Assembly: GCA_963668695.2 (NCBI GenBank)
Contig: CAXXLQ010000004.1
Location: 2,875,187-2,939,186 of the forward strand
Source: Vicinamibacteria bacterium
GTDB lineage: Bacteria; Acidobacteriota; Vicinamibacteria; Marinacidobacterales; Marinacidobacteraceae
Length of the DNA stretch: 64,000 nucleotides
Direction of reading: 5' to 3'
Both the position numbers and the translations under genes were made by a program. The notes under the pieces were generated by a model. The model worked only from the letters and a program-made list of their open reading frames with translations, was not told the origin of the DNA and made no database searches. Of the stretch, positions 27,140-37,115 are shown piece after piece. Position 1 is the first letter of the stretch. Each line of letters starts with the position of its first letter.

Positions 27140-30064
27140 ATGGAGAGGCGCATGACGGGCCGCCGGGGAGGTTCGCTGGTCCGGAACCTGTCTGCCTGGT
27201 TGCTTCTGCTCGGCGCGTCGGCCGCGAGTGCGGAGGAGCCCGGAGAAACGGCCCGGCGGGTCCTCGCTGGACTGACGCTCGATCAAAAGGTGGGCCAGGT
27301 GCTGATGCCGCGAGCCCCCGCGGAATTCCGGAACGTGGGAGATCCCGAGCGCCGGGAACTGCTCGAGCTGGCGGAAAGCGGCCGGCTGGGAGGGGTCGTG
27401 GTGTTCGCCGGCAGCCCCGAAGGCACGCGGGGAATCACCGCGGCGCTGCAGAACGTGGCGCCGCTCCCGCTGCTCGTTGCTGCCGACTACGAGTGGGGAA
27501 CCCCGATGCGCACGGCCGGCGGCATCCGTTTTCCGCCGGCGATGCAGGCGGCGGCGGCGCCCGATCCCGCTGCTCTCGAACGCCAGGGGCGCATCGTGGC
27601 GCGGGAGGCGCGGGCGGTGGGAGTCCATCTGGTGCTCGCTCCGGTGCTGGACGTGCTCCAGAGCGCCTCGAGTGCGGTGATCGGGACCCGCTCATTCGGT
27701 TCCGACCCGGGTCTCGTTGCGGATCTCGGGGTCGCGTTCCTGCGAGGGATCGAAGCGGGCGGGGCGCTCGCCACTGCGAAGCACTTTCCCGGACACGGCG
27801 GAACCGGCACGGACTCCCACAACGGGCTCGCCCTGGTCCCCGCGGATCGGGAACACCTCGACGCGGTGGATCTCGCTCCCTTCCGGGCGGCGGTGGCGGC
27901 GGGGGTTTCCGCAGTGATGCCGGGACACCTGGCGGTGCCGGCGCTCGACGGCCGGGACGATCGCCCGGCCATCCTGTCCCCGGAAATGCTCGAGGGGGTG
28001 CTTCGCTCGGAGATGGGGTTCGACGGGTTGGTGGTGAGCGACGCGCTGGAGATGGAGGGCGCGCGCGCCGGACGCTTCGACGGTGAAGTGGCGGCGCTCG
28101 CGCTCGGGGCCGGGGTGGACGTCATCCTGGTGCCGCGCGATCCGGTGGTGGCCCACGGCGCGCTCGTCCGGGCGGTGCGCGCCGGCCGGCTCGACCCGGA
28201 ACGGCTCGATGAGGCGGTGCTGCGCGTGCTGGAGGCGAAGGCGCGCCTCGGTCTCTTCGCCGACCGCACCCCGCCGGAGCCGCTCGCTGAGGCGTTCGGG
28301 GATCCGGCCGCCCGCGACTGGGCGGAGACGCTTTTTGCCCGCGGGTTGACGCTCCTCCGCGATCCGGAGGGGCTGGTCCCCTGGTCCACCCGCCTCACCG
28401 GGAAGAGGCCGGGAGCGTCCGACCTGACGCCCGACCTGCTGCTCGTCGAGATCCATCAGGAAGGTCCCTACGAGCCGGATCGCCGGCCGTTCCGGGAAGC
28501 CCTGCGCCGGAGAGGCGCCCTGTTGTCGAGGATTCCGACGACCCGTCACGGCGCCCTGCCGCTTCCCCGCTTCGCTCGGGATGCCGACCGGGCCGCTGCG
28601 GTGGTGGTGGCCGATTTCCGGAGAGACGGTCTCGAAATGGCGGATGAGTTGCTGAATGCGGTCACTCCCTTCGCCGAGAAGTTGCTCGTGGTTTCCTTCG
28701 GCAATCCGCACGGCGTCCGGAACGCGCCGCCGGAGGCGGCAATCCTGCTCGCCTGGGACGGCGCCCGCGAGAACCAGGAAGCGGCGGCGGCCGCGCTCTT
28801 TGGCGAGAGTGCGGTGGCGGGACGCCTCCCGATCCCGCTCGAGGGGCAGGCCGCGGGAGCGGGTGTCCCAAAACAGGCGGAGCGCCAACGGCTCCGCGCG
28901 GTCCAACCCGGGGAGGTCGGCATGAGTCCCGAAGGCGTAGAGAACATCCGCGCGGTGATCGAGGATGCCATCGCCGAAGGCGTGACGCCGGGCGCGAGCG
29001 CTCTCGTGGTGCACCGGGGCAGGGTGCTGTTTCAGGAGGGCTTTGGCCGGCTGACCTACGACGAGGACGCGCCGGCGGTGACTCCGGACACGATGTACGA
29101 CCTGGCGTCGCTCACCAAGGTCGTCGGGACGACAACCCTGGTGATGATGCTGGTTGAAGAGCGCGCGCTCGACATTTCGCTTCCGGTGAGCGCGTACCTG
29201 CCGGAGTTCCTCGACCAGGCGCCCACCGGGGAAGAGCGGAACCGGCGGTCCGCCGTGACCGTCGCCGATCTGCTGGCTCACTGCTCGGGTCTTCCGGCAT
29301 GGATCCAGTTCTATCTGGAGTTCGACCCCGAGGCCCGCGGTCTGCCGCTCGACGAGGCCAGAAAGCTCGTCTTCGACCGGATCATGGGTGCGGCGTCCGA
29401 CTACGAACCGCGCACCGACACGGTGTATTCCGACAACGGAGTCCTCCTGGTGGGAGAAATCATCGAGCGGGTCTCCGGCAAGACTCTGGATGCACTCGTT
29501 CAGGAACGCCTCTTCGTCCCTCTCGGAATGGTGAACACGCGCTACCGGCCGCCGGCGGAATGGCTCGACCGCATCGCGCCGACCGAGGACAACCCCTGGC
29601 GGGGCACCGTGGTTCGCGGACAGGTGCACGACGAGAACACGGTGGTGCTCGGCGAGGTGGCGGCGCACGCCGGGCTCTTCAGCACCACCGGCGATCTGGG
29701 TGTCTTCCTCCAGATGCTGCTGAACGGCGGTTCGATGAACGGCCGGCGGCTGCTGCGCGCGGACACCATCGCCCGCTTCACGCGACGCGTGGAACTCGTG
29801 CCGGGCAGCAGCCGGGCGCTCGGCTGGGACACCCCGTCCCGGAGTTCGTCCGGAGGCCCCTCTTCCGCGGGCGACCATTTCTCCGCTTCGTCCTTCGGCC
29901 ATACGGGTTTCACCGGCACCTCGATCTGGGTGGATCCGGAACGCGAGCTCTTTGCGGTGCTGCTGACCAATCGCGTGTATCCCACGCGGGAAAACGAGGG
30001 AATCTTCCGCCTGCGTCCGGCCTTTCACGACGCGGTCATCGCGGCGCTCGGGGAAGATCCCTGA
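27140..30064 (+). CDS. Secreted glycoside hydrolase family 3 (NagZ-like) fused to serine beta-lactamase/PBP-like hydrolase
   Basis: Signal peptide AWLLLLGASAASA. GH3 motifs KHFPGHGGT and VVSDALEM. C-terminal half has SxxK (LASLTKV), YxN (YSDNG) and HTG (FGHTGFTGT). Confidence 0.85.
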   Translation: MERRMTGRRGGSLVRNLSAWLLLLGASAASAEEPGETARRVLAGLTLDQKVGQVLMPRAPAEFRNVGDPERRELLELAESGRLGGVVVFAGSPEGTRGITAALQNVAPLPLLVAADYEWGTPMRTAGGIRFPPAMQAAAAPDPAALERQGRIVAREARAVGVHLVLAPVLDVLQSASSAVIGTRSFGSDPGLVADLGVAFLRGIEAGGALATAKHFPGHGGTGTDSHNGLALVPADREHLDAVDLAPFRAAVAAGVSAVMPGHLAVPALDGRDDRPAILSPEMLEGVLRSEMGFDGLVVSDALEMEGARAGRFDGEVAALALGAGVDVILVPRDPVVAHGALVRAVRAGRLDPERLDEAVLRVLEAKARLGLFADRTPPEPLAEAFGDPAARDWAETLFARGLTLLRDPEGLVPWSTRLTGKRPGASDLTPDLLLVEIHQEGPYEPDRRPFREALRRRGALLSRIPTTRHGALPLPRFARDADRAAAVVVADFRRDGLEMADELLNAVTPFAEKLLVVSFGNPHGVRNAPPEAAILLAWDGARENQEAAAAALFGESAVAGRLPIPLEGQAAGAGVPKQAERQRLRAVQPGEVGMSPEGVENIRAVIEDAIAEGVTPGASALVVHRGRVLFQEGFGRLTYDEDAPAVTPDTMYDLASLTKVVGTTTLVMMLVEERALDISLPVSAYLPEFLDQAPTGEERNRRSAVTVADLLAHCSGLPAWIQFYLEFDPEARGLPLDEARKLVFDRIMGAASDYEPRTDTVYSDNGVLLVGEIIERVSGKTLDALVQERLFVPLGMVNTRYRPPAEWLDRIAPTEDNPWRGTVVRGQVHDENTVVLGEVAAHAGLFSTTGDLGVFLQMLLNGGSMNGRRLLRADTIARFTRRVELVPGSSRALGWDTPSRSSSGGPSSAGDHFSASSFGHTGFTGTSIWVDPERELFAVLLTNRVYPTRENEGIFRLRPAFHDAVIAALGEDP

Positions 30065-30210
30065 GTCGATCCGGTCTGCCCCGCGCAGAACCCGGTTGCC
30101 GGCGTTCCGGTTTGGCGGGGGATTGTGGTTCCCGTACACTCATAAGGTTCGGCGCCGCCACGGTGCCGGTGTTTGATATCCGGTCGGGGCAGGAGCTCCG
30201 GGAGAAAGAA

Positions 30211-31371
30211 ATGAAAAACAAGAATCTGGCTCTTGTCCTGATCGCTTTGGGGACGGCCTTCGCCGTCGGCTGTCAGGCTGACGCCGAACGGACGAGCGGC
30301 GCACCGATGGACGACCCGCACGCGGAGCACGCGGTAATGCCCGAGGTGGATCCGCATTGGCCCATGCTTCCCGACGACTGGCTGATCGGGGAAGTCGCCG
30401 GGATCGCGGTGGACATGAACGACCACATCTGGCTCATTCATCGTCCCCGCACCCTGAACGCCGACGAAGCGGGGCTCGCGCAGGATCCGCCCCTCTCCCA
30501 GTGTTGCAACCCGGCGCCGCCGGTGCTGAAGTTCGACGCCGACGGGAACCTGCTCGACAGTTGGGGCGACGCGGGCGGCTATCAGGGCGAGGGCTACGAG
30601 TGGCCGGCGAGCGAGCACGGGATCTTCGTGGACCACCTGGGGAACGTCTGGATCGCCGGCAACGGGCCCGACGACCACCAGGTCCTCAAGTTCAGCGGTG
30701 ACGGCACCTTCCTCATGCAGATCGGGCAGGCGGGCCGCACCGAAGGCAGCAATAACACCGAGTTTCTCGGACGCCCCGCCGACATGGAAGTGGATCCCGA
30801 GACCAACGAGCTCTACATCGCGGACGGCTACCTCAACAAGCGCGTCATCGTGTTCAATGCCGAGACCGGTGAGTATCTGCGGCACTGGGGCGCCTACGGG
30901 CACGAGCCCTCCGACGAGGACACCGGCGGGTTCGCCCCGGGCTCCGAGCCGATCCAGCAGTTCCGGAACCCGGTGCACGCCGTCCGGATCGCCAAGGACG
31001 GGATGGTCTACGTGGCCGACCGGGTGAACAACCGGATCCAGGTGTTTCAGAAGGACGGGACCTACGTGAGCGAGATGATCGTGGAAGGGAACAGCCTCGG
31101 GAACGGCTCCACCTGGGACCTCGAGCTCTCGCCGGACGAAGGGCAGGTGGATCTTTACAACGCGGACGGCCAGAACCAGCGGATCCACATCATCAACCGC
31201 GCCACGATGGAGATCGAGGCTTACTTCGGGCGGCGCGGCCGTTACGCCGGCCAGTTCCACTGGGTCCACAACCTGGTCGTGGATTCGATGGGCAACTTCT
31301 ACACCGCCGAGGTGAACCAGGGACGCCGGGCGCAGAAGTTCGTCGTGAGCCACGCGGGTCACGTCCACTGA
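30211..31371 (+). CDS. NHL-repeat beta-propeller lipoprotein
   Basis: SD GGAGAAAG, then MKNKNLALVLIALGTAFAVGC (lipobox). Repeated blades: NVWIAGNG, ELYIADGYLNKRVIVF, MVYVADRVNNRIQVF, FYTAEVNQGRRAQKF. Confidence 0.8.
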   Translation: MKNKNLALVLIALGTAFAVGCQADAERTSGAPMDDPHAEHAVMPEVDPHWPMLPDDWLIGEVAGIAVDMNDHIWLIHRPRTLNADEAGLAQDPPLSQCCNPAPPVLKFDADGNLLDSWGDAGGYQGEGYEWPASEHGIFVDHLGNVWIAGNGPDDHQVLKFSGDGTFLMQIGQAGRTEGSNNTEFLGRPADMEVDPETNELYIADGYLNKRVIVFNAETGEYLRHWGAYGHEPSDEDTGGFAPGSEPIQQFRNPVHAVRIAKDGMVYVADRVNNRIQVFQKDGTYVSEMIVEGNSLGNGSTWDLELSPDEGQVDLYNADGQNQRIHIINRATMEIEAYFGRRGRYAGQFHWVHNLVVDSMGNFYTAEVNQGRRAQKFVVSHAGHVH

Positions 31372-31432
31372 TCGCCGCCCGGGTTCGGGAATCCCTGAGA
31401 AAGCCCTCCCTGAGAAAGTCCTGACCCGAAGG

Positions 31433-31471
31433 CCGTGCGCCTCGCTTCGGGCGAGGCGCACGGTCGTTTTT
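31433..31471 (+). terminator. Rho-independent terminator
   Basis: 13-bp perfect stem CCGTGCGCCTCGC / GCGAGGCGCACGG with loop TTCGG, followed by TCGTTTTTG. It lies 60 nt after the NHL gene stop. Confidence 0.8.
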
Positions 31472-31508
31472 GTCCTCGCCCGGCGCGAGTCGCGGGCCTG
31501 ATCGCATC

Positions 31509-32840
31509 ATGCAGAAGCGCGCCCGAACAGTGGCTTCGCTGCTCGCAGCGACCCTTGTCTTCCTGGCCGTCGTTCCGCGGCCGGCGGTTGCGCATGACAT
31601 CCCGGACGAGGTCCGGATCCCCGTCTTCGTGCGCGAGCTGGACGGAGAGCTGCACCTGGTGGCCCGGGTGCCGCTGCTCCTGCTGCTGTCTCTGAACGTG
31701 CCCAAGTGGGGCGCCGGGTTCCTTGATTTCGAGCGCGCGGATCCCGCGCTCCGGCGTGCGGGGGAGGCGTTCGGCGCCGAAGCGCCGCTGTTCCATCCCG
31801 ACGGCAGCCTCCTGCCGCCCACGCTGCGGAGCTACCGGATCGCGCTCCCGTGGGACCGCTCCTTCACCTCCTTCGAATCGGCTCGGGAGACGGTCCTCTC
31901 CGAGTCGCTGCCATCCGATACCCAGATCTTCTGGAATCAGGGTTTTCTGGATCTTTATCTGACCTATCCGGCACCGACCGACGGAAGCGCGTCCATCGAG
32001 TGCACGGTCGCACCCGGTTTTGGCGACCGGGTAGCGCTCGATCTCGTTTACGAGCGGCGTGCCGAGGACGCGGATGACTGGAAGAGCCACCTCTTCCATA
32101 TCAGCATCCGGGAGGGGCGGGTGGTTCTCGACCCCTCGCCCTTCCAGGCCTTTTTCGCCTTCGGACGCTCCGGGGTCGAACACATCCTCACCGGCTGGGA
32201 CCACCTGCTCTTCCTGATCTGCCTCATTGCTCCCTTCGGACAGCTCGGGCGCCTCCGGCACCTTCTCTTGATCGTGACCGGGTTCACCGTGGCCCACTCG
32301 GTGACCCTGGTGGCGGCGGCGCTCGGCCACGCTCCGACCGCGCTGTGGTTCGTTCCGCTCGTCGAGGGCGTCGTGGCGCTCTCGATCCTCTATACGGCGA
32401 TCGAAAACCTGATTTCGGCAAGCGTCGTGCGGCGGGCGGTACTGGCTTTCGGCTTCGGGCTCTTCCACGGCTTTGGCTTCGCTTTCGCGCTCGGCGAATC
32501 GCTGGCCTTCGCCGGCGACCACCTCCCGCTCGCGCTCTTTTCGTTCAATCTGGGAGTGGAGGCAGGCCAGGCCGCGGTTGTCCTCGCGGTCATTCCGATC
32601 CTCCATCTGCTGGGCGGTCGCGAGCGGTCCCGGTTCGCGGTGACGGCCCTGCTCTCGGTGGTTGGCGGTCACGCCGCGTGGCACCTGCTCGAATCCCGCT
32701 ACTCCGAGCTGACCCGGGCCTGGGCGATCTCGGGGGGGGCGCCGCCTTCATGGTCCTGGCTGCTTTGGCCGCTCATCCTCGCCGGCGCCGCCGGCTGGGC
32801 GGCAGTGGTATGGCGCCGCCGCGCGCCAAGTCGAGGCTGA
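31509..32840 (+). CDS. HupE/UreJ-like membrane protein with N-terminal periplasmic domain
   Basis: Signal peptide, then TM core with GWDHLLFLICL, GFTVAHSVTL, FGLFHGFGFAFALGE and NLGVEAGQ. Confidence 0.7.
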   Translation: MQKRARTVASLLAATLVFLAVVPRPAVAHDIPDEVRIPVFVRELDGELHLVARVPLLLLLSLNVPKWGAGFLDFERADPALRRAGEAFGAEAPLFHPDGSLLPPTLRSYRIALPWDRSFTSFESARETVLSESLPSDTQIFWNQGFLDLYLTYPAPTDGSASIECTVAPGFGDRVALDLVYERRAEDADDWKSHLFHISIREGRVVLDPSPFQAFFAFGRSGVEHILTGWDHLLFLICLIAPFGQLGRLRHLLLIVTGFTVAHSVTLVAAALGHAPTALWFVPLVEGVVALSILYTAIENLISASVVRRAVLAFGFGLFHGFGFAFALGESLAFAGDHLPLALFSFNLGVEAGQAAVVLAVIPILHLLGGRERSRFAVTALLSVVGGHAAWHLLESRYSELTRAWAISGGAPPSWSWLLWPLILAGAAGWAAVVWRRRAPSRG

Positions 32841-32928
32841 CCGCCCCCGCGGGAGGCCACCGGTCCCAGGCGGCGGCGCGCTCAGGCGGGTCGGCGGTAC
32901 CCAGCGGGCGGGGCTCCATTCCCGGTGT

Positions 32929-33573
32929 CAACAACCTGTGGTGAAACCCAGGCGGCGTTCAAGCGGCGATCGATCCCGCCGGAATACAACCCGGTATTCC
33001 TCCCTCACGCGCCTTGTCAGCCGGGCCCCCACCGGGAGGACTGGCCCCACCGGGAGAACTGGGCCTCGCCCCCACCGGGAGGACTGGCCGACCTCGGCGC
33101 TCACGTGGGTTCCACCACCGGCTGTTCACCGCGTCGCTTCGCGCCGCTCATCGTTGCGTTTCGGTCGGAATACACCCGGTATTCCTCCCTCACGCGCCTT
33201 GTCAGCCGGGCCCCCACCGGGAGGACTGGCCCCACCGGGAGAACTGGGCCTCGCCCCCACCGGGAGGACTGGCCAACCTCGGCGCTCACGTGGGTTCCAC
33301 CACCGGCTGTTCACCGCGTCGCTTCGCGCCGCTCATCGTTGCGTTTCGGTCGGAATACACCCGGTATTCCTCCCTCACGCGCCTTGTCAGCCGGGCGCCT
33401 CCCCGGCCTCGGCGCTCCCGTGGGCTCCACCACCGGCTGTTCACCGCGCCGCTTCGCTCCGTTCTGCGTTGCGTTTCGGTCGAAATACACCCGGCATTCC
33501 TCCCTCACGCGCCTTGTCAGCCGGGCGCCTCACCGCTCTCGGCGCTCACCCGGGTTCCACCACAGGCTGTTAG
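32929..33573. repeat. Mosaic MITE/REP-like element locus R3 (three tandem ~190-bp copies of the core, reverse orientation)
   Basis: Period ~190 bp (e.g. GGCGCTCACGTGGGTTCCACCACCGGCTGTTCACC recurs at ~33097 and ~33287). Ends CCACCACAGGCTGTTAG, 13 nt before the ilvE ATG. Confidence 0.85.
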
Positions 33574-33585
33574 CATGCGGCGCCG

Positions 33586-34671
33586 ATGAGTCCACCCCCC
33601 TCTGCGCCCGCGTCCAGCCCTCCCATCCGCATCGAGCGGGTCCCTGAGTCCCGGCTGCCCCAGGTAGATCTGACGAACGTAGCGTTCGGTCGGGTGTACA
33701 GCGACCACATGCTGAGCGCCCGCTGCCGCGACGGCGGGTGGGACGCCCCGGAGATCGTTCCGTTCGGAGACATCTCGCTCCATCCGGCGACGGCGGTGTT
33801 CCACTACGCCCAGGCCATCTTCGAGGGGATGAAGGCGCACCTGACCGACGACGGCGTTCCGGTGCTCTTCCGGCCGGAGGAAAACTGGCGGCGCTTGAAC
33901 CGGTCGGCGCGCCGGATGGTGATGGCCGAGGTCCCGGAGGACATTTTCCTCGGCGGCGTCCGTGAACTCGTCCGGCTCGACCGGGACTGGATCCCCGGAA
34001 ACGAGTTCGGCTCCCTCTACATTCGCCCCTTTCTGTTCGCCTCCGATCCCTTCATCGGGGTAAGTCCCTCGCGGGAATACCGGTTCTTCATATTCACCGC
34101 CCCGGTCGGCGCCTACTACGAAGGCTCGGTGAGCCTCTACGTGACCAGGAAGTGGATTCGCGCTGCCGAGGGTGGCATCGGAGAAGCGAAGGCCGCCGGA
34201 AACTACTCCGCGAGCTACTACGGGATGGCGGAGGCTAAGGAGCATGGCTGCGACAACGTGCTCTGGCTGGACGCGAAGGAACACCGGTTTGTCGAGGAAT
34301 GCGGCACGATGAACATGATGTTCGTGATCGGCGATCGGGTGGTAACGCCGCCTCTCGGGGGCACCATCCTGCCGGGGATCACCCGGGACAGTGCGATCCG
34401 GCTCCTCCGCGAGCAACTGGGAACCGCGGTGGAGGAACGGCCGGTATCCATCGAGGAAGTGGCCGAGGCGCACGCTTCCGGGACGCTTCGCGAATGCTTC
34501 GGGGTGGGAACCGCCGCGGTCGTGACTCCGGTTGCGCGTTTGACCGGCGGCGGCGTGGAAGTCAACCTCCCGGAGGAAACCCCGATACAGGACGCGTTAC
34601 GGGATGTGCTGACCGGGATCCGACTCGGGCGCCGTCCCGATCCCTACGGCTGGGTGGACCGGCTTCTCTGA
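33586..34671 (+). CDS. ilvE: branched-chain amino acid aminotransferase
   Basis: FGRVYSDHM, AIFEGMKAH, YIRPF, GEAKAAGNY (PLP Lys), and LPGITRDS. Confidence 0.9.
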   Translation: MSPPPSAPASSPPIRIERVPESRLPQVDLTNVAFGRVYSDHMLSARCRDGGWDAPEIVPFGDISLHPATAVFHYAQAIFEGMKAHLTDDGVPVLFRPEENWRRLNRSARRMVMAEVPEDIFLGGVRELVRLDRDWIPGNEFGSLYIRPFLFASDPFIGVSPSREYRFFIFTAPVGAYYEGSVSLYVTRKWIRAAEGGIGEAKAAGNYSASYYGMAEAKEHGCDNVLWLDAKEHRFVEECGTMNMMFVIGDRVVTPPLGGTILPGITRDSAIRLLREQLGTAVEERPVSIEEVAEAHASGTLRECFGVGTAAVVTPVARLTGGGVEVNLPEETPIQDALRDVLTGIRLGRRPDPYGWVDRLL

Positions 34672-34683
34672 CAGTCCGTCGTC

Positions 34684-35949
34684 TTGACGGTTCTCGGAGG
34701 CGGCCGGGTCGCGGCGATCGTTCTGGCAGTTGCCTCGCTTGCCTGCGGGTCTCCGACCGGCGATCCGCTTGCTCCCGGACACGTTCTACCTGGTCTCGAC
34801 CGGCTCGTTGCCGAGGGACCCGGGGACCTGCTCGGCAAACGGGTGGGGCTGATCACGAACCACACCGGCCGCACCATCGACGGAAGGTCTGCGGCCACCG
34901 CGCTCTTGGAAGCGGGGGTCCACGTCGAGGTGCTCTTTGGTCCGGAGCACGGCGTCTCGGGATCGGCCGCCGCCGGCGAGGGGGTCGCATCGGGCCGCGA
35001 TCCGGAGACCGGTCTTCCGGTGGTGAGCCTCTACGGTGAGCAGCGGATCCCCAGCGAAGCGTCGCTGGCCGGACTGGATGCGCTCGTTTTCGACATCCAG
35101 GACATCGGGGTTCGCTTCTACACCTACATTTCCACCCTCCGGAACTCGCTGGTCGCCGCTTCCCGGGTGGGTCTCGAATTCTGGGTGCTGGACCGGCCCA
35201 ACCCGAACGGCGGGGACCGGGTAGAAGGTCCGATGCTGGAGCCGGAGTTCCAATCCTTTGTGGGGACGGACCGGCTGCCCCTGCTCCACGGGATGACGGT
35301 CGGCGAGCTGGCCCGGCTCTTCGCGGCGCGCGAGGGGGTATCGGTGCAGGTGGTCCCGGTGAAGGAGCTGAGCCGCGCCACCCGCTGGGAGGAAACCGGA
35401 CTGCCCTGGCGGGCGCCTTCCCCCAACATCCCAACGCTTGAGAGCGCTCGCGTCTATCCCGGTTTCGGATTGTTCGAGGGAGTGATGCTGTCGGAGGGGC
35501 GGGGGACCGCGACCCCCTTCGAGGTCGTGGGGGCTCCCTGGGTGGATCCGGGGGCCTGGCTCTCGGCGCTAGGGGGGCCGCTGGCGGTTCCGGGAGTCCG
35601 GTTTTCCGAGGTGCGGTTCACGCCCCGGCCGCTTGCCGCCGCTCCCAATCCGCGCTTCGCCGGCGAAGAGGCCGCCGGGCTGCGCGTCGAGATCACCGAT
35701 CCGGTCGCGTTTCGACCGGTGAGGAGCGCTCTGGAGGCGATCCAGGCGGTCCGAAGAACCCATCCGGAGGAGTTCGCGTGGCGGATCAGCGGCGGGCGTT
35801 ACTGGCTGGATCTCCTGCTCGGAACGGACCGGATCCGCATCGGGATCGAGCGGGGAGAGCCGGTGGCCAACCTCATGGACGACGCGGACGAGGCGGTGCG
35901 CCGCTTCCTGCCGGAGCGCAGCCGCCATCTCCTGTACTCCGAACGATGA
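34684..35949 (+). CDS. DUF1343 / NamZ-like exo-beta-N-acetylmuramidase lipoprotein
   Basis: Lipobox VASLACGS. GLITNHTGR, LFGPEHG, SLYGE, FDIQDIGVRFYTYISTL. TTG start. Confidence 0.8.
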   Translation: MTVLGGGRVAAIVLAVASLACGSPTGDPLAPGHVLPGLDRLVAEGPGDLLGKRVGLITNHTGRTIDGRSAATALLEAGVHVEVLFGPEHGVSGSAAAGEGVASGRDPETGLPVVSLYGEQRIPSEASLAGLDALVFDIQDIGVRFYTYISTLRNSLVAASRVGLEFWVLDRPNPNGGDRVEGPMLEPEFQSFVGTDRLPLLHGMTVGELARLFAAREGVSVQVVPVKELSRATRWEETGLPWRAPSPNIPTLESARVYPGFGLFEGVMLSEGRGTATPFEVVGAPWVDPGAWLSALGGPLAVPGVRFSEVRFTPRPLAAAPNPRFAGEEAAGLRVEITDPVAFRPVRSALEAIQAVRRTHPEEFAWRISGGRYWLDLLLGTDRIRIGIERGEPVANLMDDADEAVRRFLPERSRHLLYSER

Positions 35950-36929
35950 ACGAAACAGCTGACGGCCGGTTGCCCCGGGAGGAGGCCGTCCCCGGCGAGA
36001 TCGCGGCTCCTGGCATCGCCCCAGCCGTCCGGCGGCCGCGCCTGCTGGTTCCCGTGGCCCTCTTCCTCGCCACCCTCGCCACCACCCTGTGGGTGGGCGG
36101 AGCTATCGGGATTGCCGCCGAATCGCCGGAACTCTTCAGGGAGGGGGCGGACTCGCGGTCCGGACTCGAATGGACGTTGCTCTGGATTCGTCACGGGATT
36201 CCGTATTCGTTCTCCCTGCTGTTGATCCTTCTCTGCCACGAAATGGGGCACTACCTCACCGCCCGGGCCTACCGGGTGGACGCCAGCCCTCCCTACTTCC
36301 TGCCGATGCCGTTCACCATGGTGGGAACGCTCGGGGCCTTCATCCGGATCCGGTCTCCCTTTCCCAACCGCCGGGCCCTGCTGGATGTGGGGCTCGCCGG
36401 ACCGATCGCCGGATTCCTGGTCTGTCTCCCCTTTCTGGCAGCGGGGGTCGCCTCCTCGCGCGCGGGCCCCATGATCTCCGGAGGACTGCAGTTCGGCGAG
36501 CCGATCGTCTTTCGGCTGTTTGCCTCGGTATTCGGCCCGGCGGTTCTCGACGGCGAGGTGCTCTATCTGAGCCCGATGGGCCTCGCGGCCTGGTTCGGCC
36601 TGCTGGTGACCGCGATCAATCTCCTGCCGATGGGCCAACTCGACGGCGGACACGCCCTCTACGCACTGCTGCGCGACCGGGCGGCCCGGTTTTCGAAGAC
36701 CGTGCACCTGCTCATGTTTCCGCTGGCCTTGTGGTCCCCGACGTGGCTCGTTTGGGGGCTCCTGTGTCTTGTCCTCGGCGCTCGGCGGCCGCACCCGCCG
36801 ACGCTCGACGACGCGGCGCCGCTGGGACGGAGCCGCCGGCTCCTTGCCGGAGTGGGGCTCGCCACCTTCGTCCTGTGCTTCACTCCGGAGCCGGTCGTCA
36901 TGGATTGGAGCGAGCTGTTCGGCTCCTGA
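35946..36929 (+). CDS. M50-family (site-2 protease-like) membrane metalloprotease
   Basis: HEMGHY (HExxH) in a TM helix, and later NLLPMGQLDGGH. ATGA overlap with the preceding gene. Confidence 0.8.
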   Translation: MNETADGRLPREEAVPGEIAAPGIAPAVRRPRLLVPVALFLATLATTLWVGGAIGIAAESPELFREGADSRSGLEWTLLWIRHGIPYSFSLLLILLCHEMGHYLTARAYRVDASPPYFLPMPFTMVGTLGAFIRIRSPFPNRRALLDVGLAGPIAGFLVCLPFLAAGVASSRAGPMISGGLQFGEPIVFRLFASVFGPAVLDGEVLYLSPMGLAAWFGLLVTAINLLPMGQLDGGHALYALLRDRAARFSKTVHLLMFPLALWSPTWLVWGLLCLVLGARRPHPPTLDDAAPLGRSRRLLAGVGLATFVLCFTPEPVVMDWSELFGS

Positions 36930-36986
36930 GTGGCGGCGCGCGAAGACTCAGAAAACCGGCGGCGTTCCCCGGACGAAGCGAACGCT

Positions 36987-37015
36987 TTGACAGGGACCCT
37001 CCCGGGGTCTACCTT
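36987..37015 (+). promoter_or_regulatory. Candidate sigma70-type promoter upstream of leuA
   Basis: TTGACA, a 17-nt spacer, then TACCTT, about 100 nt upstream of the leuA ATG. The -10 matches only TAnnnT. Confidence 0.25.
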
Positions 37016-37115
37016 TGCGATACCGGTATTCCCCGGCGTCCCACCCGGTCGTCGGATTTCCGCCGCATCAGGCCGCTCCCACGTGGCGCCGGCCTTTTCT
37101 CGGGGACAACCCAAC

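Noticed and set aside
32925-33647. ORFs inside the mosaic-repeat loci (also 18633-19208, 41354-41785, 53571-54254, 57756-58160, etc.)
   Set aside because: The same peptide strings recur only because the DNA repeat recurs, in both orientations and in all frames. There are no start or RBS contexts. The elements are better explained as non-coding hairpin repeats.
37040-37115. Possible leucine attenuator/terminator in the leuA leader (GGCCGCTCCCACGTGGCGCCGGCC followed by TTTTCT)
   Set aside because: The hairpin is imperfect, the U-tract is short, and no Leu-rich leader peptide is visible. Too weak to call.
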